A stretch of 64,000 nt of DNA, taken from the NCBI GenBank assembly GCA_028695015.1, contig JAQVJR010000001.1, forward strand, positions 33,645 through 97,644, written 5' to 3'. The translations under genes and the position numbers were made by a program. The notes below the pieces were generated by a model. That model had not been told where the DNA came from. It did no database searches and was given only the letters and a program-made list of their open reading frames with translations. The stretch is from Minisyncoccota bacterium. GTDB lineage: Bacteria; Patescibacteriota; Minisyncoccia; UBA6257. Shown one piece after another: positions 50,555 through 59,545 of this stretch (position 1 is the first letter of the stretch; every line of letters starts with the position of its first letter).

Positions 50555-51037
50555 TTATTTAATTAATAATTTACCATCTAAATCTAATAACACAAATTCA
50601 TCTAATTCATGAAAATTATTATCTGGAAAAACTGAAACTTTAATTAATTTAAAAATCTCTTTATCCAAGGGTGTTTCTAATTTACCTAAATTAATACCCA
50701 AAAAAGCAGAACCACTTCTTTCATTGCACACAACCCCTTCTTCATTTAAATCTGTGTAATAACAATAAACAAATGGATCATAAGGAATATCTAATTTTTG
50801 AAAGTTAACATTTATTGATACTAAACTATAAGCTTGAAAATATTCCTGATCAGACGCATCAACCCATTCTTCACCATTAAACAACCAGATTTCATATCCT
50901 TTATCTAAGGTAAAGGGCTCTGGATAAGACTGTTCTTCATCAAGGCTTATTCTTTCTTTATAATAAGTTATTCCTCCAACTGCTATTATTAACAAAAGCG
51001 CTAAAATACCTAAAACAACAATGTATTTTTTCTTCAT
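50555..51037 (-). CDS. signal-anchored small protein, cassette copy 1 partner
   Basis: 160 aa. N-terminus MKKKYIVVLGILALLLIIAVGGITYY is paralogous to that of 52976..53773. Lies 20 nt upstream of 48972..50534. Consensus promoter at 51070-51098. Confidence 0.6.
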   Translation of the reverse strand: MKKKYIVVLGILALLLIIAVGGITYYKERISLDEEQSYPEPFTLDKGYEIWLFNGEEWVDASDQEYFQAYSLVSINVNFQKLDIPYDPFVYCYYTDLNEEGVVCNERSGSAFLGINLGKLETPLDKEIFKLIKVSVFPDNNFHELDEFVLLDLDGKLLIK

Positions 51038-51069
51038 ATATTTAATTTTATTTAAAATCCTCTGTATTA

Positions 51070-51098
51070 ATTATATCTCTTTACTAAGTACTGTCAAG
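51070..51098 (-). promoter_or_regulatory. consensus promoter TTGACA-N17-TATAAT for cassette-1 operon (50555..51037 + 48972..50534)
   Basis: Plus-strand tgtcaa at 51093-51098 and attata at 51070-51075. Confidence 0.55.
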
Positions 51099-51155
51099 CT
51101 CATTAAAAAACAAATAATTAAAAAAGAGGCATTATTTTTATGCCTCTTTTAAGCT

Positions 51156-51533
51156 TCATTCTATGAACTCTACTATGATTTTTGGAACATCAAAAGGATC
51201 ATTTCTTGCCCCTGGGCCCCAAATAATCCTAATTGGGCCTTGAGGATTTATAATGTGTATTTCTGTTATAGTATATTCCTCTCCTTCTATTACTTCTGTA
51301 TATTCTACCATTGAATACCCTTCGTGTTCTGGAGCTATAACCCCCCAAATAAAACCTTCTGTAATCACTTCATTCTGTTTATTCTGCCTGTTCTCAATTT
51401 GATATTTTTCCTTTAAACGCTCTATGCCTTGATTAGACTCTTCTGAAAGAAAATCATAATGGGCATAAGCAAAGCAAGAAAAAACAATTAAAACTAGAAA
51501 CACTAATATTCCTAGAAATATTCCTTTCTTCAT
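51156..51533 (-). CDS. small secreted protein
   Basis: 125 aa with signal peptide, good SD, a promoter shared with 53970..54617, and its own terminator at 51120-51150. Confidence 0.55.
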   Translation of the reverse strand: MKKGIFLGILVFLVLIVFSCFAYAHYDFLSEESNQGIERLKEKYQIENRQNKQNEVITEGFIWGVIAPEHEGYSMVEYTEVIEGEEYTITEIHIINPQGPIRIIWGPGARNDPFDVPKIIVEFIE

Positions 51534-51552
51534 TTTCTTTCACCTCTCTTTT

Positions 51553-51612
51553 GATTTTAAAAGTACTAAAAACTATCTTCATTATACATCTTTAGGTTTA
51601 ATTTGTCAAGAA
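51553..51612 (-). promoter_or_regulatory. promoter + 5'UTR block (TTGACA-N17-TATAAT) shared with 54635-54695
   Basis: About 60 nt nearly identical at the two sites. -35 at 51604-51609, -10 at 51581-51586. Confidence 0.55.
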
Positions 51613-51672
51613 TCATATGTGCTATCTTTTCTTCACAAAACTATGTGTTATTAATTATATACACCAATAAAA

Positions 51673-51711
51673 AATGCTGTTGTCTTTAAATAAGCCAAAA
51701 ACAACAGCATT
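51673..51711 (-). promoter_or_regulatory. variant module hairpin (second copy, inside the duplicated cassette)
   Basis: Near-identical to 48905-48943. Confidence 0.5.
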
Positions 51712-51739
51712 AATGATATTAGTAAGATTGGATTAATTG

Positions 51740-52951
51740 TTAGGAGATTAATCCTCTTAAGAATCCTTGGAGTTTATCAGGCAGAACAGGAATGATTTCT
51801 TGCCACCAAGGAAGGTTAACTGCTTGGACTTCAATGTAGTCTAATCCAGTGCCTAGAGTATCTTCCCAGATATCACAAGTATCTTCATTGTTTTTATCAT
51901 AACAGGCTTTTAATTGATATGTATAGACACCTGGTGTTGTGATATGGAAAGACTTTTCATGATCAATAGAGCCAACTGTTACCTCACCACTAAGATTTTC
52001 GTTATCTCCACAATCTTCATCTCCTAATGTACAAGTAATTTCACCCCATCTACAATCATTACTGGTAGACCACTTTGCTTCATAATCAACTCCTGTCCAG
52101 ACATGATTAGGTAATTCAAACTTGTTAATGAAGCATGTGGGAGATAGGGGTGGTGGAGGTGGCGGTGGAGTACCCTTACAATCTTGGTTAGAACTACAAC
52201 GAGTATAATTAGTAATTCTTGAGCACGAAGAAAGATTAAATGATTTAGACTGACATTTTTCTCCAATACAAACATTGCATTGTATGGAAGAAGTGGGCGT
52301 GGTAGAGGTTTTACACTGACTATCAGAACTACATAAAGTATATCCTGTTACCTGAGAACATGAAGAAACATTAAATGATTTAGATTGGCATTTTTCTCCA
52401 ACGCAGACATTACAAGATATAGAAGAAGGGATAGAAACTGGTTTTCCACAATCACTATCTTTTTGACATTCATCAGTAGGCCTAGTTCCTGTCCAAGATG
52501 CCGGCTTGCAATATAATGTATCTCTATTCCCTGTTAACCATGCCCATGAACCTGGTAAAGGAGTCCTACATTTATTATAAGTTCCACGTGACTGGCACCT
52601 AGCTAAGCATTCAGCCTCTGTAGAATAGTCAACCCTCTTTTGATTTCTGACAAAAACACACCTTCCATCATCTAAACAATTCCATCCATCTTCTGTGTCA
52701 TCAGGAAATACTGATCCAGGGCCAGAATCAGGGCTAGTTCCTGGACCAAAACCGCTATTATCATCACAAGCTGCCTCTTCTATACAGTCTTTCCAACATT
52801 GCTGTTTCCCATTTATAATTTCACATATAGGAGGGCCATAAAGAGTACAATCACCACATGTTATTATTCCAAAAATATTTTCAGGAGAAATAATTAATAA
52901 AATTAAACAAATCAAAGCAAATATTGTTGTAAATATTATTTTTTGTTTCAT
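51740..52951 (-). CDS. secreted Cys-module protein with conserved C-terminal domain, cassette copy 2
   Basis: 403 aa. C-terminal domain is near-identical to copy 1. N-terminal modules differ (two ~45-aa SISCNVCVGEKCQSKSF…SSDSQCK repeats). Confidence 0.7.
   Translation of the reverse strand: MKQKIIFTTIFALICLILLIISPENIFGIITCGDCTLYGPPICEIINGKQQCWKDCIEEAACDDNSGFGPGTSPDSGPGSVFPDDTEDGWNCLDDGRCVFVRNQKRVDYSTEAECLARCQSRGTYNKCRTPLPGSWAWLTGNRDTLYCKPASWTGTRPTDECQKDSDCGKPVSIPSSISCNVCVGEKCQSKSFNVSSCSQVTGYTLCSSDSQCKTSTTPTSSIQCNVCIGEKCQSKSFNLSSCSRITNYTRCSSNQDCKGTPPPPPPPLSPTCFINKFELPNHVWTGVDYEAKWSTSNDCRWGEITCTLGDEDCGDNENLSGEVTVGSIDHEKSFHITTPGVYTYQLKACYDKNNEDTCDIWEDTLGTGLDYIEVQAVNLPWWQEIIPVLPDKLQGFLRGLIS
52190..52450. 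repeat. two tandem ~135-nt direct repeats (45-aa Cys modules)
   Basis: agattaaatgatttagactgacatttttctccaatacaaacattgca… repeated with substitutions. Confidence 0.7.
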
Positions 52952-52975
52952 GTTAATAATAGATTAAACTTATAT

Positions 52976-53773
52976 TTATATAATTGGTTTTCCCATTTGC
53001 CACAAAAGGAAATGAGAACTTAATATTTCTTCTATATCAGAAAATGATCTACTATTTAATATGTTGTTTTTTAGATCTTCGTTATCTGGTACTAAATAAA
53101 TTTTAAGATCAAATAAAGAATCTGTTTCAGGGCCAGGAACAAGCCCACTTAATACTAGGTTAGAACTCAACCAAGCTGAAGACTCTTTGCACATAATGTT
53201 TCCTTCAGGAAATGTAATATAAAAACCCAATGGATCCTTTTCTAGTAATTCTTTTCTAAAAGGATTGATCAACGATGGTGTTGTAGCTATACAAATACTA
53301 TATTTACTTTCTTCCGATTGAAGCAAATCTTTACTTTTTTTTAATAAATCGTCTTTGTTTACTGCCATGGCAACATATTCAGATTGCGATAAAGCTACTA
53401 AATTTTTCACAGAAATAACCACTGGGCGATGTTTATTTTCAATAGTAAAATCACTTTCTTCTTCTGGTGCAACTTTATGTAAACGACAACAATTAGCTAA
53501 AATATCTTCTTCTGTAAACTCATCAACTGAAGCCATAAAATGTGGCGTAGCTGTTCTAGCACAGAAATTTTCAAAAGATTGCACCTCAGAAATAGAAATA
53601 GGGTAATTTTCTATAAACCTAGGAACTGGAACAATCTTAACCTTATTATTAGATAAAATATTTGATTCTTGAACCCTCTCCTTATAATTCTCATTATAAT
53701 AAGTAGTTGTTCCAAAAATAACTATTAATAAAAGCGTTAAAATTCCTAAAATAATAATATATTTTTTATTCAT
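52976..53773 (-). CDS. signal-anchored protein, cassette copy 2 partner
   Basis: 265 aa with paralogous signal-anchor MNKKYIIILGILTLLLIVIFGTTTYY. Lies 24 nt upstream of 51740..52951. Confidence 0.6.
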   Translation of the reverse strand: MNKKYIIILGILTLLLIVIFGTTTYYNENYKERVQESNILSNNKVKIVPVPRFIENYPISISEVQSFENFCARTATPHFMASVDEFTEEDILANCCRLHKVAPEEESDFTIENKHRPVVISVKNLVALSQSEYVAMAVNKDDLLKKSKDLLQSEESKYSICIATTPSLINPFRKELLEKDPLGFYITFPEGNIMCKESSAWLSSNLVLSGLVPGPETDSLFDLKIYLVPDNEDLKNNILNSRSFSDIEEILSSHFLLWQMGKPII

Positions 53774-53969
53774 ATACTTAATTTATTTAAAATTCTTCAT
53801 ATTAATTCTACGCCAAGGATATAAAAAGTCAAATTAAAAAACTAACTTTATCTATATAGAAAACTAATAAATTTAAGACTTCCATTTAGAAAATTACAAA
53901 AACAATATAATTTTAACATTACAAAAAATGAAAAAGAGGCAAATTTTAAATTTTGCCTCTAACTTATTG

Positions 53970-54617
53970 CTACTTTTCATCTTCATCAGGAAAATACAAA
54001 TCACGAAATACCAATCTAGGAAACAAGTTAATTGTTTCGCCAGACACTAATATCCGTGGCAAAATTACAGTGAGATCTAAATCCTTTTTTTGCCTATAAA
54101 TTTTAGCTACCGACATAAACCATTCGCTAAAAACTTTACTAAATTTACTCTTTGAGGAAACAATATCTTGTTGCTCATCTTGCTTGAATTTAATTTTCCA
54201 ACTTTCAAAGCATTTAAATTTTCCTTCCATGTCTTTTTCATACACCCTAACGGAAACTTTATTTTTCTGAGGAGGAAAAACCGCTATTGCAAGGATGGAA
54301 TCGGAAATTTTCCAATCTTCGCGATCTTCTGAAGAATAAAATAATACTGAAATTTGTCCTTCAAAGGGACTAGTGCCTCCGTAATAAAAAGTCCCCGTTG
54401 TCACAAAAATAATTGTCTCTTCGTGCTCAGGAAAACGAAAATTAAATCTTTTTGCCTTTCCTGGAGTAGCCCAGTGCCATTGCCATTTTTCACTATTTAC
54501 CGGAGGTAATTCTTCATCCCATTTATCCCATCCTTCATACTCTTCCTTAGACATAACACTAAAACCTATACAAAACAAAATCAAAATTACCAAAACCACT
54601 TTTCTCATTTTCTTCAC
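53970..54617 (-). CDS. secreted hypothetical protein
   Basis: 215 aa with signal peptide. Shares its promoter/5'UTR with 51156..51533 and has a terminator at 53941-53968. Confidence 0.55.
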   Translation of the reverse strand: MKKMRKVVLVILILFCIGFSVMSKEEYEGWDKWDEELPPVNSEKWQWHWATPGKAKRFNFRFPEHEETIIFVTTGTFYYGGTSPFEGQISVLFYSSEDREDWKISDSILAIAVFPPQKNKVSVRVYEKDMEGKFKCFESWKIKFKQDEQQDIVSSKSKFSKVFSEWFMSVAKIYRQKKDLDLTVILPRILVSGETINLFPRLVFRDLYFPDEDEK

Positions 54618-54634
54618 TTCCTTTCCTAATTTTA

Positions 54635-54695
54635 AATTTTAAAAGTACTAAAAACTACCTTAATTATACATCTTTAGGTTTAATTTGTCAATATC
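54635..54695 (-). promoter_or_regulatory. second copy of shared promoter + 5'UTR block
   Basis: -35 at 54686-54691, -10 at 54663-54668. Confidence 0.55.
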
Positions 54696-54710
54696 ATAAA
54701 TATAGCTCTT

Positions 54711-55913
54711 TTACCTAATATATTTCCTATCTTTTAATTCTTTAGGCAAATATTCTTGTTTTTCTTTATAATCATGATCTGGGCTGTATTTATATCCTTT
54801 ACCATAACCTAATTTTTTCATTAATTTAGTTGAAGCATTACGAATATGCAAAGGCACTGGTAAATTACCATATTTCCTAACATCAATAACTGCTTGCTCA
54901 TAAGCTTGGTATAAATTATTAGATTTTTTACATTTAGACATATAAACCACTGCTTGAGCTAAAACAACATTACATTCTGGCATGCCAATAAAATGACAAG
55001 CTTGATAAGCAGCCACTGCTTGCTCTAAGGCCTGGGAATTAGCTAAACCAATATCTTCTGAAGCAAAACGTACCAAACGACGGGCTATGTATAATGGCTC
55101 TTCCCCTGCTTCTAACATTCTAGCTAACCAATATAAGGCAGCATTGGGATCAGAGCCACGCATTGATTTATGCAGAGCAGATATTATATTATAATGCTCT
55201 TCTCCATCTTTATCATAAAACAAATTTGATTTTTGAAATGCTTGCTTGACAATAGATTTATCTATATTTTTTGATAAAGAAGAAGCATATTCTAATATAT
55301 TAAGAGCAATCCGTGCATCACCATTACTCATTTCCGTTATTAACTCAATTGTCTTTTCATCTATTTTAATTTTCAATTTCCCTATTCCATTTTCTTTATC
55401 TTCAACAGCTCTTTTGATTATTTTTTTTAAATAAGGTTTTGATAATTGTTCTAAAACAAAAACCCGACAACGGGAAAGCAAAGGACCAACTATTTCAAAA
55501 CTGGGATTTTCTGTAGTCGCTCCAATTAAAACAATCACCCCCTTTTCTATATTAGGCAGCAAAGAATCCTGTTGAGATTTATTCCAACGATGAATCTCAT
55601 CTATAAAAAGAATAGTTTTTACCCCTAGTCTTTTATTAACCTCAGCTTGTTTGATAATTTCCCTTAAATCCTTTAAGCCACTAGAAACAGCACTTAATTC
55701 TTGAAAATCTGATTTGGTTTTTTGAGCAATGATATAAGCTAAAGTAGTCTTTCCACTTCCTGGTGGCCCCCAAAAAATCATTGAAGGAATATTATCTGCC
55801 TCAATCGCCTTTCTTAATAATTTCCCTTTGCCAACTAAATCATCCTGACCTAAAAAATCCTCTAAAGAATTAGGTCTCATCCTATCAGCCAAAGGTTTAT
55901 TGTATAAATTCAT
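54711..55913 (-). CDS. rarA: replication-associated recombination protein A (AAA+)
   Basis: GPPGSGKTT Walker A and an MgsA C-terminal helical domain. Confidence 0.85.
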   Translation of the reverse strand: MNLYNKPLADRMRPNSLEDFLGQDDLVGKGKLLRKAIEADNIPSMIFWGPPGSGKTTLAYIIAQKTKSDFQELSAVSSGLKDLREIIKQAEVNKRLGVKTILFIDEIHRWNKSQQDSLLPNIEKGVIVLIGATTENPSFEIVGPLLSRCRVFVLEQLSKPYLKKIIKRAVEDKENGIGKLKIKIDEKTIELITEMSNGDARIALNILEYASSLSKNIDKSIVKQAFQKSNLFYDKDGEEHYNIISALHKSMRGSDPNAALYWLARMLEAGEEPLYIARRLVRFASEDIGLANSQALEQAVAAYQACHFIGMPECNVVLAQAVVYMSKCKKSNNLYQAYEQAVIDVRKYGNLPVPLHIRNASTKLMKKLGYGKGYKYSPDHDYKEKQEYLPKELKDRKYIR

Positions 55914-55977
55914 ATGATTATTATATCATAAAAAACAATAACAAAAACGCCTTGTTTAGGCGTTTTTTAAATTCTCT

Positions 55978-56223
55978 TTACTCTTCTTTATCTATTATTT
56001 CTTTTTTCTTACTAAAAAGGAAAATATAAATTATTCCCAAAATCCCAATACTATTAACAATCAATAAAGCTATGTACCACCATTGGTCATTATTTCTTGC
56101 TGCCTTCCAGAGAGCAATGCCCCTCCAAACCATATCCCAAATCATAATCAAAATAATAACCCAAGGATTTATTTCTAATAAACCAACACTTAGTGCCATT
56201 GATTCTGTAAATATTTCTGCCAT
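55978..56223 (-). CDS. small 2-TM membrane protein (PLDc_N-like pattern)
   Basis: 81 aa with a W…D…R…K…W…G.LG..Y pattern. Confidence 0.4.
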   Translation of the reverse strand: MAEIFTESMALSVGLLEINPWVIILIMIWDMVWRGIALWKAARNNDQWWYIALLIVNSIGILGIIYIFLFSKKKEIIDKEE

Positions 56224-56236
56224 ATTTATTTTTATA

Positions 56237-56491
56237 TTATTTTACGACCTTATTTTTATTACTTTCTAAGCTCAAGGGCACAGAAAAAATCTTATTGGTT
56301 TGCCTGTGTCCTTTAATAATTTTTATCTGACGCTCTGGTATTTCAAAATATTGTGATAAAACTTCCTTGGCTTCTTTATTTGCTTCACCATGCAAAGGCC
56401 TAGCCTTAACTCTAATTTCATAACTATCTATAGCTTTTTTAACCACCCCCTGTTTACGGGCACGAGAAATAACTTTAACTTTTATTAACAT
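56237..56491 (-). CDS. DUF167/YggU-family protein
   Basis: 84 aa with …GEANKE… and …IIKGHRQTNKIF. Confidence 0.6.
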   Translation of the reverse strand: MLIKVKVISRARKQGVVKKAIDSYEIRVKARPLHGEANKEAKEVLSQYFEIPERQIKIIKGHRQTNKIFSVPLSLESNKNKVVK

Positions 56492-56518
56492 CTATAAATA
56501 AAAAGTTTTCCTAATTGT

Positions 56519-57436
56519 TTAAGGTTGAAACAATTCCTCTGGCTCAAACTCTACTTTTTTTATATCAGGAAATTGCTTAGCTGTTTCCTCAATTTGATAC
56601 CATAAAACACTAGCCCGACAAGAACCCCCAGAGGTTTTATTCAAAGAATCATTAAAAGTTAAAACCAAAGTACCATCAGCTCTTAAAACTGTTGATTCAA
56701 GAGTTAATCCCTCTAATGGAAATTCTGTTGTTATTCCTTGAGCTAATTGCTCTGAAGATAAATTTTCTTTACCTTTTAATAAAATATTTATAACTTCTGG
56801 AGTAGATGTTCGATTAACTGAAATTTCTTTTTCTATGGCCACTAAACCATCACGACTGCATTTAATATTACCTGATGCATCTTTATCTAATTCTGGATTA
56901 TAATAATAAAGTAAAATCTTTGTTTTAGGGCTTTCAAATTTAATAGGAATTTCATATATTTTCTGATTTTCAGGCAAGCCAGAAGGATTAGCACTTAGAA
57001 AACGTAACCATCCTGTATCTGAAGAAAATCCAGAAAATTCTAATTCTCCCTCAAAAGCCACAAAATCTTCAGTCATCCAATTATCCTTGGCTGTTAAAAT
57101 TGCTGTTCCTGCTAAATAGTCATATTCATCATATAATTCAGCACTGAATTGACCCTCAAAATACCAAGAACCTTTTGCTTGTCCTTCTATCTTAAAAGGA
57201 CTATTCATTGTTTCCTCTTTCTTCGGAGAAAAAACAAAAATTCCTTCTGCTTCTCCTGGGCATAAATCAAATTCACATTTAGGGGGTTTTCTACCAACAA
57301 AAGAACCATCAGGACATTCTTTAGCTTCTTGTGTGCAAACTATTTCCCCTTCATCTCTATTTAGAAAATAATAACCAGTTCCAAGTAAAATTAATCCTAA
57401 TAAAATTAAAATAATTGTTAAATATGTTTTATTCAT
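56519..57436 (-). CDS. secreted protein, possible Gmad2/GerMN-like domains
   Basis: 305 aa, signal-anchored. Domain call is weak. Confidence 0.45.
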   Translation of the reverse strand: MNKTYLTIILILLGLILLGTGYYFLNRDEGEIVCTQEAKECPDGSFVGRKPPKCEFDLCPGEAEGIFVFSPKKEETMNSPFKIEGQAKGSWYFEGQFSAELYDEYDYLAGTAILTAKDNWMTEDFVAFEGELEFSGFSSDTGWLRFLSANPSGLPENQKIYEIPIKFESPKTKILLYYYNPELDKDASGNIKCSRDGLVAIEKEISVNRTSTPEVINILLKGKENLSSEQLAQGITTEFPLEGLTLESTVLRADGTLVLTFNDSLNKTSGGSCRASVLWYQIEETAKQFPDIKKVEFEPEELFQP

Positions 57437-57448
57437 TTTTTTAAATAT

Positions 57449-58423
57449 TTATTCTTCTTTTAAAATTATATCAAAACCCTCTATAAACTTCAAAGGATCT
57501 ACACTCGCCTTATTTGCCTTAATAGAAAGATGTAAATGAGGCCCAGTTGACCAACCAGTATTTCCAGTCAAGCCTATTATTTCCCCTCTTTCAACCATTA
57601 ATCCTTTAGATGTTTTAAATTCAGAAAGATGAAGATAAAGAGAATATATCCCTAAACCATGATCAACAATAATAGTTTTCCCATAAACAGTTAATTCTCC
57701 TGCAAAAACCACTTGACCATCATTAATAACATAAATTGGAGTTCCTTCTTCTGCATCTAAATCAACTCCTAAATGCTGAATTGTTATTCCATTATCTTTT
57801 CTAATATTGCCAAAAGCACCAACATTAATTAATTCATCTAAAGGATAAACAAAGCTTTTATTAAAATATATTTCTGGATTGTATTTATTAACAATCTCAT
57901 AAACAATCACCCCATCATTTGTTGAAATGTTTTTTGATATATTATCTGCCGTTAATCCTTTTTCTTCTAATTCAGGAGTAATTACAATTTTAGTAATATA
58001 AAAATCACTTTTCTTCACTTCTATAATCTCTTCAAGCATTAATTCTCCAGAAAGAAAAATTGATACAACATATTCTCCAGGTGATTTCTTAGCATCAATG
58101 CCTACAAGAGAGAATAATTTATCTTTACCTTCAATTGAAAAAAATTCCAAATCCTGAGAATCAAATTCTCCCCTAACCACTGCTTGGTCTGAAACATTTT
58201 CAGCAATAACAACTAATGTATCTCCTTGATAAATTTCTAAGGCAGAAAAAGAAATTTTTGTTTCTAAAACTGTCTCTTCCTTTGTCGTGGTCGTCGTTTC
58301 TAAAGATATTTCTGAAGAAAGATCTTCTGTTTCTTTTTCAAAAGAATAAAAACGAGTTGAATAAACAATCCCTAATAATATTAAAGAAAACAGGAAAATA
58401 GATATTATTAAAACTCTTTTCAT
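57449..58423 (-). CDS. M23 (LytM) family peptidase
   Basis: HLGVDLDA (HxxxD), a GNTGWSTGPHLHLSI (HxH) motif and an N-terminal signal-anchor. Confidence 0.85.
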   Translation of the reverse strand: MKRVLIISIFLFSLILLGIVYSTRFYSFEKETEDLSSEISLETTTTTKEETVLETKISFSALEIYQGDTLVVIAENVSDQAVVRGEFDSQDLEFFSIEGKDKLFSLVGIDAKKSPGEYVVSIFLSGELMLEEIIEVKKSDFYITKIVITPELEEKGLTADNISKNISTNDGVIVYEIVNKYNPEIYFNKSFVYPLDELINVGAFGNIRKDNGITIQHLGVDLDAEEGTPIYVINDGQVVFAGELTVYGKTIIVDHGLGIYSLYLHLSEFKTSKGLMVERGEIIGLTGNTGWSTGPHLHLSIKANKASVDPLKFIEGFDIILKEE

Positions 58424-58430
58424 TTGTATT

Positions 58431-58838
58431 TTATTCAGTTTTTAAAATCTTTATTAAAACCTCTCTGGTTCTTGGTCTTTCATCAAAATCTATTAAAATG
58501 ATTTGTTGCCAAGTGCCTAAACATAGTTTTCCTTTTTCTAAAGGAATTAATATGTCTGGCTTTAAAAGAGCAGATTTAATATGAGCCGCACCATTATTAT
58601 CTATACCTGTTAAATGATGCTTATAATCTCCTTTTTCTGGTGCTATTTTTTCTAAAATATCTTTTAAGTCTGCAAAAACACCTGACTCATCTTCCATAAT
58701 TGTTATTGCTGCAGTTGTACCTAAAACAAAAATCAAAACTGCCCCATTTTCAATATTAGAGTTTTTTATCTGTTCTTTTACCTTTTCTGTAACATTAACA
58801 AAGTCACTATGTCCCTTTGTTTCTATAAAAAATTTCAT
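58431..58838 (-). CDS. YjbQ/UPF0047 secondary thiamine-phosphate synthase family
   Basis: LCLGTWQQIILIDFDERPRTREV motif. Start moved to MKFFIETKG because the longer ORF overlaps tRNA-Pro. Confidence 0.75.
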   Translation of the reverse strand: MKFFIETKGHSDFVNVTEKVKEQIKNSNIENGAVLIFVLGTTAAITIMEDESGVFADLKDILEKIAPEKGDYKHHLTGIDNNGAAHIKSALLKPDILIPLEKGKLCLGTWQQIILIDFDERPRTREVLIKILKTE

Positions 58839-58846
58839 GTATTCTG

Positions 58847-58920
58847 TCGGGGCACTGGGACTCGAACCCAGAGTCACACGCACCCCATGCGTGTATGTTA
58901 GCCAATTACACCATGCCCCG
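58847..58920 (-). tRNA. tRNA-Pro (anticodon GGG)
   Basis: Acceptor CGGGGCA/TGCCCCG (C1:G72, typical of tRNA-Pro), anticodon stem CACGC/GCGTG, loop ATGGGGT (G37), T-arm CTGGG-TTCGAGT-CCCAG. Confidence 0.8.
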
Positions 58921-58925
58921 AAAAT

Positions 58926-59528
58926 TTATTCTAAGATACCATCTAAATTAACATCATACAAAATAGATTCTCCAACTAATTTGTATTGAATTAATTCTTC
59001 TGGATTAAACCAAAGAGAGATTTCCTTTTGTGCTTCTGAATCAGTGCCTGAAGCATGCACTAAATTCCTAACAGCCCGATCATCAATATCAGCAATTGTA
59101 CTAGAGTCAAGTGTAAAATCTCCCCGAATAGTGCCTACATCAGAAACTAAAGGTTCAGTCTGACCAGTAATTTTTCTAACCACACCCACAGCATTCATTC
59201 CTTGCCAAACCATGGCCACTACTGGCCCACATGAAAGATAGCTCTTTAGTCTTTCTAATATTAATCCCCCAACTTTTTCTGCTTCACTATGTGGGGGTTT
59301 TAAATTTTTTTCTTTATAGGCTTGAATGGATTTCTTACCTACTTTAATTTTCCATTCAGGATCTACTAAATAATGTTTTTCTATTAGATCTTTTGTTGGT
59401 AAAACAAACTTTAAGCCAATTAATTTTAAACCAGTTTTCTCATATCGGGAAATAATTTCCCCAATTAAACTTCGCTGAATTCCATCAGGTTTAATTAAGA
59501 CAAGAGTTTGTTCATTTTTAAAAGACAT
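58926..59528 (-). CDS. ndk: nucleoside diphosphate kinase (with insertion and C-terminal extension)
   Basis: N-terminal NDK fold (LIKPDG) including the active-site HASG region. 200 aa versus about 140 typical. Confidence 0.75.
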   Translation of the reverse strand: MSFKNEQTLVLIKPDGIQRSLIGEIISRYEKTGLKLIGLKFVLPTKDLIEKHYLVDPEWKIKVGKKSIQAYKEKNLKPPHSEAEKVGGLILERLKSYLSCGPVVAMVWQGMNAVGVVRKITGQTEPLVSDVGTIRGDFTLDSSTIADIDDRAVRNLVHASGTDSEAQKEISLWFNPEELIQYKLVGESILYDVNLDGILE

Positions 59529-59545
59529 TTAATACAATCTTAATA

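Noticed and set aside
51553-51575. Putative palindromic operator AAAAGTACTTTT in the shared 5'UTR
   Set aside because: On re-reading, only AGTACT (6 bp) and TTTTAAAA are palindromic. The flanks are not symmetric, and this is unremarkable in AT-rich DNA.
48972-52130. Possible diversity-generating retroelement variable regions in the conserved C-terminal domains of the two Cys-module proteins
   Set aside because: No reverse transcriptase or template repeat lies in the window. The 12 nucleotide differences between the two copies are a mix of substitution types on the coding strand (C/A, G/A, T/G, A/G, C/T), not confined to adenine positions. Ordinary paralog divergence explains it.
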